Positions 59,784-64,000 of a stretch of 64,000 bases of DNA are shown piece by piece. The stretch spans positions 128,001-192,000 of the forward strand of contig OY761614.1 in NCBI GenBank assembly GCA_963664825.1, in the 5' to 3' direction. The position numbers and the translations under genes were made by a program. The notes below the pieces were generated by a model. The model worked only from the letters and a program-made list of their open reading frames with translations. It searched no databases and was not told where the DNA came from. This DNA comes from an uncultured Holophaga sp. (GTDB taxonomy: Bacteria; Acidobacteriota; Holophagae; Holophagales; Holophagaceae). Numbering within the stretch: the stretch's first letter is position 1; each line of letters begins with the position of its first letter.

Positions 59784-59815
59784 CATCGCGCCCCTTTGGG
59801 GGCGCGATGCTTTTT
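59784..59815 (+). terminator. Rho-independent terminator
   Basis: CATCGCGCCCC-TTTG-GGGGCGCGATG followed by CTTTTT. Confidence 0.85.
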
Positions 59816-59845
59816 GCCTCGGCTTCTCCCTGCCATCCTGAATCC

Positions 59846-61003
59846 ATGCGCACGTCCTCCCGCCTCCCCCCGTCCTTCCAGCCCAACGCCCTCAGTGCGG
59901 AGCTGGAACGATTGAGGGAGGCGGGTGCGTCCTGGCTGGATCTGACGGTCTCCAACCCCACGGGCTGCGGCTTCGAATACCCGGAAGAGGCCATTCGCGA
60001 AGCCCTGGGCGGGACGGGCGTGCTGGGCTACGCTCCGGATGCCCAAGGGTCGAGGCGGGCCCGGGAGGCCATCGCCGCCTGGCACGGCCACGGGGTGGCC
60101 CTTGAGGATCTGGTGCTCACGGCCTCCACGTCGGAGGCCTATTCCTGGCTCTTCAAGCTCCTGGGAGACCCCGGGGACGAGATCCTGGTGCCCTCCCCCA
60201 GCTATCCCCTCTTCGAGTGGCTGGCGCGACTGGAGGGCCTGGAAGCGAGATCGGTGCCCGCCTACTACGCGGATCGCTGGCATCTGGATCTGGGCGCCCT
60301 CGACTCGGCCTGCGGGCCCCGCACCCGGGCCATCGTGGTGGTGAACCCCAATAACCCCACGGGACATTTCCTGTCCAAGGGCGAATGGGAAGCTCTCGAG
60401 GCCCTCTGCGCGCGCAGGGGCCTGGCCCTCATCGTCGATGAGGTCTTCGCCGACTATTCCCTAGAGCCCTCGCCAGACCGCCTGGCCACCGCCTTGGAGG
60501 ACTGGACTCCCCCCTGCCCCCTCTTCGTGCTCTCGGGACTTTCGAAGGTGGCCGCCCTACCCCAGATCAAGCTGGGCTGGATCATCGCCCGGGGCCTCGG
60601 GGCCAAAGCCCTACTGGAGCCCCTGGCCTTCATCGCCGATCAGTTCCTCTCCGCCGGGGCCCCGGCCCAGGCCGCAGCCCCGGAGCTCTTAAGCCTGGCC
60701 CCGGGCATCCAGCACCAACTCCTCGCCCGTCTCCGGAGCAACCTCGCCACCCTGGACGCACGGCTTCAGGCCTTTCCACACCTCTCCAGGCTCCCCGTGG
60801 AGGGCGGCTGGTCCGTCCTGCTGCGGCGTCCCGCCCTGGACTCCGACGAGGCCTGCGCCCTGCGCCTGCTGCGGGAGGCGAGGGTGCTGGTGCAGCCTGG
60901 GCACTACTTCGATCTGGGCTCGGACGCCTATCTCGTCCTCAGCCTGCTGGGGCCGGAACTCATCTTCCGGGAAGCCCTTACGCGCATGCTGCCCTTCGTC
61001 TGA
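59846..61003 (+). CDS. PLP-dependent aminotransferase class I/II
   Basis: LTASTSEAY, PSYP, NPNNPTG, IVDEVF and SGLSK. Confidence 0.88.
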   Translation: MRTSSRLPPSFQPNALSAELERLREAGASWLDLTVSNPTGCGFEYPEEAIREALGGTGVLGYAPDAQGSRRAREAIAAWHGHGVALEDLVLTASTSEAYSWLFKLLGDPGDEILVPSPSYPLFEWLARLEGLEARSVPAYYADRWHLDLGALDSACGPRTRAIVVVNPNNPTGHFLSKGEWEALEALCARRGLALIVDEVFADYSLEPSPDRLATALEDWTPPCPLFVLSGLSKVAALPQIKLGWIIARGLGAKALLEPLAFIADQFLSAGAPAQAAAPELLSLAPGIQHQLLARLRSNLATLDARLQAFPHLSRLPVEGGWSVLLRRPALDSDEACALRLLREARVLVQPGHYFDLGSDAYLVLSLLGPELIFREALTRMLPFV

Positions 61004-61078
61004 ATGTGGTCTACTTAATGGGCGGGGGCAGACGCCAAGGGCTTTGGCACTGCCTCCCAATCCACGGACCGAGGACAC

Positions 61079-62110
61079 ATGCCTTACGCCAGTGAAGGGA
61101 CTTTCCGGGAATGCCTGTCCCTTCATGCCACCCATAGCAACCATCCCGTGACCCTCCTGACCCCGCATCTCTTCTTCAGCACCGAGGGCGGGACCCTGTT
61201 TCCCCTGAAACGCCGCCTCGGGTGCGTGATGATGACCTGCGACCCGCTGCTGGTGGATGAGGATCCGGCCCAGGCCCTCCAAGCCTTCGACCAGGCCCAT
61301 GGCTCCGATTGCGTGGTACTGGCCTCCATCACGGGCCCGGTGGCCCAGATCCTGGCCGCCCGTGGATATGCCGTCTTCAAGCTCGGCGAGGAGCCCTGGG
61401 TGGATCTCTCAGACTTCCAGCCCAGAGGCAACCGCGGGAAGGGCATCCGGGCCGCGCGGAACCAGGCCCTGCGCTCGGGATGCGAAACCGGTGAATGGAG
61501 CCCCGAAGCCCTCCAGGCCGATCGCCTTGAAATCGAAGCGGTCTTCGAGGAATGGCGAGGCCTGTCCATCCTCTCGATGGAGGGGGGCATCCTGGGCACG
61601 AATCCCTTCGCCGATATCCCCGGACGGCGATTCTTCTGGGTCCGCCGGAATGGGCGCCTGGAGGCCGTCCTGGTGGCCACGCCGATCCGCATCGGCGTCT
61701 GCTACTACCTCGAGGACCTCGTCTACCGGAAGGATGCCTGCCGAGGGGCGCAGGAACTCATCACCCTGGCCTCCATGGAGCGCCTGCATCAGGACGGGGC
61801 GGAACGCGTGAGCCTGGGCCTGGTCTTGCAGCGCAAGCCCGAAAGGGCCGCCCTGGGCCAGAGTTCCGGAGGATTCTGGCTGGCGGCCACCCGGACCCTC
61901 AGCCGCTGGTTCTACAACGCCCAGGGGCAGGATCTCTTCCGGAAACGGTTCCAGATCGCCACCTGGGAACCGACCTACTTCGCCTATCGCGGCCCCCGCT
62001 CAGGCCCCCTGAAGCATCTCGCCCTGCCCTGGGCCACACTGGCCCTCATGGCCAGCCTGGAACCCCGGCTGCGCTGGCCCCACGGATTGGTGAGCCGTCC
62101 CCGGAGTTGA
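61079..62110 (+). CDS. Stand-alone DUF2156 (MprF C-terminal aminoacyl-transferase-like) domain protein
   Basis: KLGEEPWVDLSDF...GKGIRAARN, EDLVYRKDACRGAQE, SLGL and FYNAQGQDLFRKRF...WEPTY. Confidence 0.75.
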   Translation: MPYASEGTFRECLSLHATHSNHPVTLLTPHLFFSTEGGTLFPLKRRLGCVMMTCDPLLVDEDPAQALQAFDQAHGSDCVVLASITGPVAQILAARGYAVFKLGEEPWVDLSDFQPRGNRGKGIRAARNQALRSGCETGEWSPEALQADRLEIEAVFEEWRGLSILSMEGGILGTNPFADIPGRRFFWVRRNGRLEAVLVATPIRIGVCYYLEDLVYRKDACRGAQELITLASMERLHQDGAERVSLGLVLQRKPERAALGQSSGGFWLAATRTLSRWFYNAQGQDLFRKRFQIATWEPTYFAYRGPRSGPLKHLALPWATLALMASLEPRLRWPHGLVSRPRS

Positions 62111-62278
62111 ACCGGGGGTCTTGCCGGTAAAGGGCCGGCTGCTCTAGCACTAAGCTAACGACTCTGGGTCCAGTTTAGTCGCATCCATCCAAGCTGCAGG
62201 AAATACTTGGTGGCCCGGCTCTTACCCGGCTGGAAGTCTTTGGAGACGTGCGCCGCCCCAAGGGAACGGCCCCTGGTT
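62110..62278. ncRNA. Candidate structured RNA or IS110-like non-coding end remnant
   Basis: Nested inverted repeats: AACCGGGGGTC/GGCCCCTGGTT, GCCGGTAAAGGGCCGG/CCGGCTCTTACCCGGC, AGCT/AGCT, CGACT/AGTCG; lies between convergent genes. Confidence 0.4.
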
Positions 62279-62279
62279 T

Positions 62280-62696
62280 TTAATGCTTTTCAGCCATGTG
62301 CGCGAGCTTGCGCGCGGCGATGGGAACGCTCTCCCGCAGGCGGCGCCCAAGGGTCAGCCCCAGGTACCAGGCCATGATTCCGCGCGATTCCACGCGGTGG
62401 GTAAGCTTGGTGCCCAGGCTGGAGGGTTCAAGGCTGTGCACGAAGATGAGATTCGAGCCCAAGGTGCGCACGAGGCATGTGAAGCTGCGGCCCTCCACCA
62501 ACTCCACCACCCGAAAGGGCACCCGCTCTCCGCCGCACCACTTGATGGCGCCGGAACTGCCCACAGTCACCGGGCCCTGGATCGTGGCCCACTCGAGGCC
62601 CTCATCCCAGCCCGGCCACCCAGCCACATCCATCCAGCAGCGCCAGATGGATTCTGGTGAGGTCGTGGTCTCCAGCGTGTGTTGGACATGCCACAT
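62280..62696 (-). CDS. SRPBCC/polyketide cyclase-like protein
   Basis: SPESIWRCWMDVAGWPGWD and GTKLTHRV; GAGGAG RBS. Confidence 0.8.
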   Translation of the reverse strand: MWHVQHTLETTTSPESIWRCWMDVAGWPGWDEGLEWATIQGPVTVGSSGAIKWCGGERVPFRVVELVEGRSFTCLVRTLGSNLIFVHSLEPSSLGTKLTHRVESRGIMAWYLGLTLGRRLRESVPIAARKLAHMAEKH

Positions 62697-62826
62697 CCGC
62701 GTCTCCTCGTCCCGCATGGGATACTCGGTGCAGGGGCCATTCTCCAGAGTACTCGCTCAGGCCCAGGAATTCACGAGGTAGACTGGAAAGATCGAGGCTA
62801 GAAGCCGATTTCATCCAAGGACACTC

Positions 62827-63114
62827 ATGTTCAAGATCACCTTTCACCGCAACACCCCCACGGAGATCGAGTTGGAGCAGGAGTCTACGCTCCTGTCGGC
62901 AGCTGCTAAAGGAGGCGTGGAAGTCAATCATCGCTGCGGCGGCCATGCCCGCTGTGGCGCCTGCAGGGTCACCGTCGAGGAGGGCGCCGAGCACCTCTCG
63001 GAAATAGGCGAGGCCGAGGCCCGCGTGCTGGGGATCCTCAAGGCCTCGCCCGATCAGCGCCTGGCCTGTCAGGCCAGGGCCAAGGGTGATGTCTGCTGCA
63101 AGGTCCAGGAGTAG
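62827..63114 (+). CDS. 2Fe-2S ferredoxin
   Basis: CGGHARCGACRV and RLACQ. Confidence 0.92.
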   Translation: MFKITFHRNTPTEIELEQESTLLSAAAKGGVEVNHRCGGHARCGACRVTVEEGAEHLSEIGEAEARVLGILKASPDQRLACQARAKGDVCCKVQE

Positions 63115-63121
63115 GGAAACA

Positions 63122-63838
63122 TCAATCCAGCAGGAATCCCACGCCCTGCCAGACGCGCACCTTGGTCTTGCCATCCGAGCCCCGGGCGGGGTCGAAGACC
63201 AAGCGCTTAGCGGCTTCCACGCAGGCCTCGTTGGCCTTATCGATCCATTCGTTCTTCCCGGGTAGCCCCTGCAGCAGGCGCGTGGCGAGCACTTCACCGT
63301 TCTCGCTCACCAGCACATTGACCACCACCACGCCCCGGTCCACCTTCCTCACCCCCGGGGTCACCCTCTTCAGGTTCATGGGGATGGCGGGCTGGATCTC
63401 CGGGCCGATGGAGACGGGCACGCCCTCCGGCGCGTCCGCTTCCCGCTTGGCTTCAAGAGCCTCCGCCTGTTTGCGGAGTTTCTCGTTCTCGGCCTGCAGG
63501 GCCGCGGCATCCTCCTTGGCCTTTTGGAGATCCTTCAGGAAGGCATCCCCGCTGGACTGGTTCTCGTTGAAGGAGGCCTGGATCTGCTCCAGGTCCTTCC
63601 GACAGGCCTGGAGTTCCTGCCGCGCCAGGTCCCGCCCCTTCTGGGCCGCGACCAGGTCCTGCTGGAGGTTTTCCGTTGCCCCCAGGCGTTCCTTGAGTTC
63701 ATCCCGCTCCGCAGTGAGCTTCTTCACCTGGGCCTGAAGCTGCACCGGGCTGAGAGCCTTGGGCTTGGGAGCCACGCCCCCAAAAGCGGGGGAGAGTGCG
63801 ATCAGGGGGGCGAGGAACCAGGAAACAAATGCGGACAT
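63122..63838 (-). CDS. Exported coiled-coil protein with a TonB_C-like C-terminal domain
   Basis: Signal peptide, long heptad region, GVVVVNVLVSENGEV...EAAKRLVFDPA...KVRVW...F. Confidence 0.7.
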   Translation of the reverse strand: MSAFVSWFLAPLIALSPAFGGVAPKPKALSPVQLQAQVKKLTAERDELKERLGATENLQQDLVAAQKGRDLARQELQACRKDLEQIQASFNENQSSGDAFLKDLQKAKEDAAALQAENEKLRKQAEALEAKREADAPEGVPVSIGPEIQPAIPMNLKRVTPGVRKVDRGVVVVNVLVSENGEVLATRLLQGLPGKNEWIDKANEACVEAAKRLVFDPARGSDGKTKVRVWQGVGFLLD

Positions 63839-63867
63839 GGGTGTTCTCCGGTCGAAAGGAAGGGACA

Positions 63868-64000
63868 CTAGAAACGTCGCAGACCGGACTGGGTCCCTTC
63901 CGGAAAGGGTTTTTGCACTTTGAGAATCCCACGTTTGAGCAGCTTGGCGAAGATGGTCAGGCACTCATCGGCGGCGAAGGGCGAAATGGAGATGATGTCC
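63868..64000 (-). CDS. 3' end of a gene entering from the right edge (partial)
   Basis: Open frame DIISISPFAADECLTIFAKLLKRGILKV...RRF-stop with helical character. Confidence 0.55.
   Translation of the reverse strand, partial: DIISISPFAADECLTIFAKLLKRGILKVQKPFPEGTQSGLRRF

Overview
GC-rich bacterial window. Gene content and style suggest Acidobacteriota, probably Holophagae (Geothrix/Holophaga-like); this is inference, not a database result. Left to right: (1) a housekeeping block: bshC-bshB1, RlhA-type U32, HI0933 flavoprotein, chorismate mutase, tilS-ftsH-folP(GNAT fusion)-glmM-pdxJ, a DUF4388 gene and an orphan CheZ-like gene; (2) a ~15 kb minus-strand amino-sugar polymer utilisation locus: GH18 lipoprotein, TonB-dependent receptor flanked by two small beta-barrels, GH2 exo-beta-glucosaminidase, MFS, ROK kinase, NagB, a two-component system and an exported PIG-L deacetylase, with no NagA and no SusD; (3) a yfa/mag-like alpha-2-macroglobulin operon whose last gene is cleanly split by a complete IS66-family element (16-bp IRs, 8-bp TSD); (4) hutI, a split 5'-nucleotidase, and a hemerythrin facing a five-gene all-receiver signalling cassette; (5) a 1063-aa Ig-stalked surface nuclease lipoprotein, an aminotransferase, a stand-alone DUF2156 gene and small genes. 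Non-coding structure includes a MITE-like element (5221-5367), a REP-like palindromic insert read in frame at the end of the yfaT-like gene, and a ~170-nt highly structured orphan element (62110-62278) that may derive from an IS110 non-coding (bridge/seek RNA) end. Best candidates for an undescribed system: the deacetylate-first, NagA-independent chitin/chitosan locus and the orphan structured RNA. No rRNA, tRNA or CRISPR array was seen.
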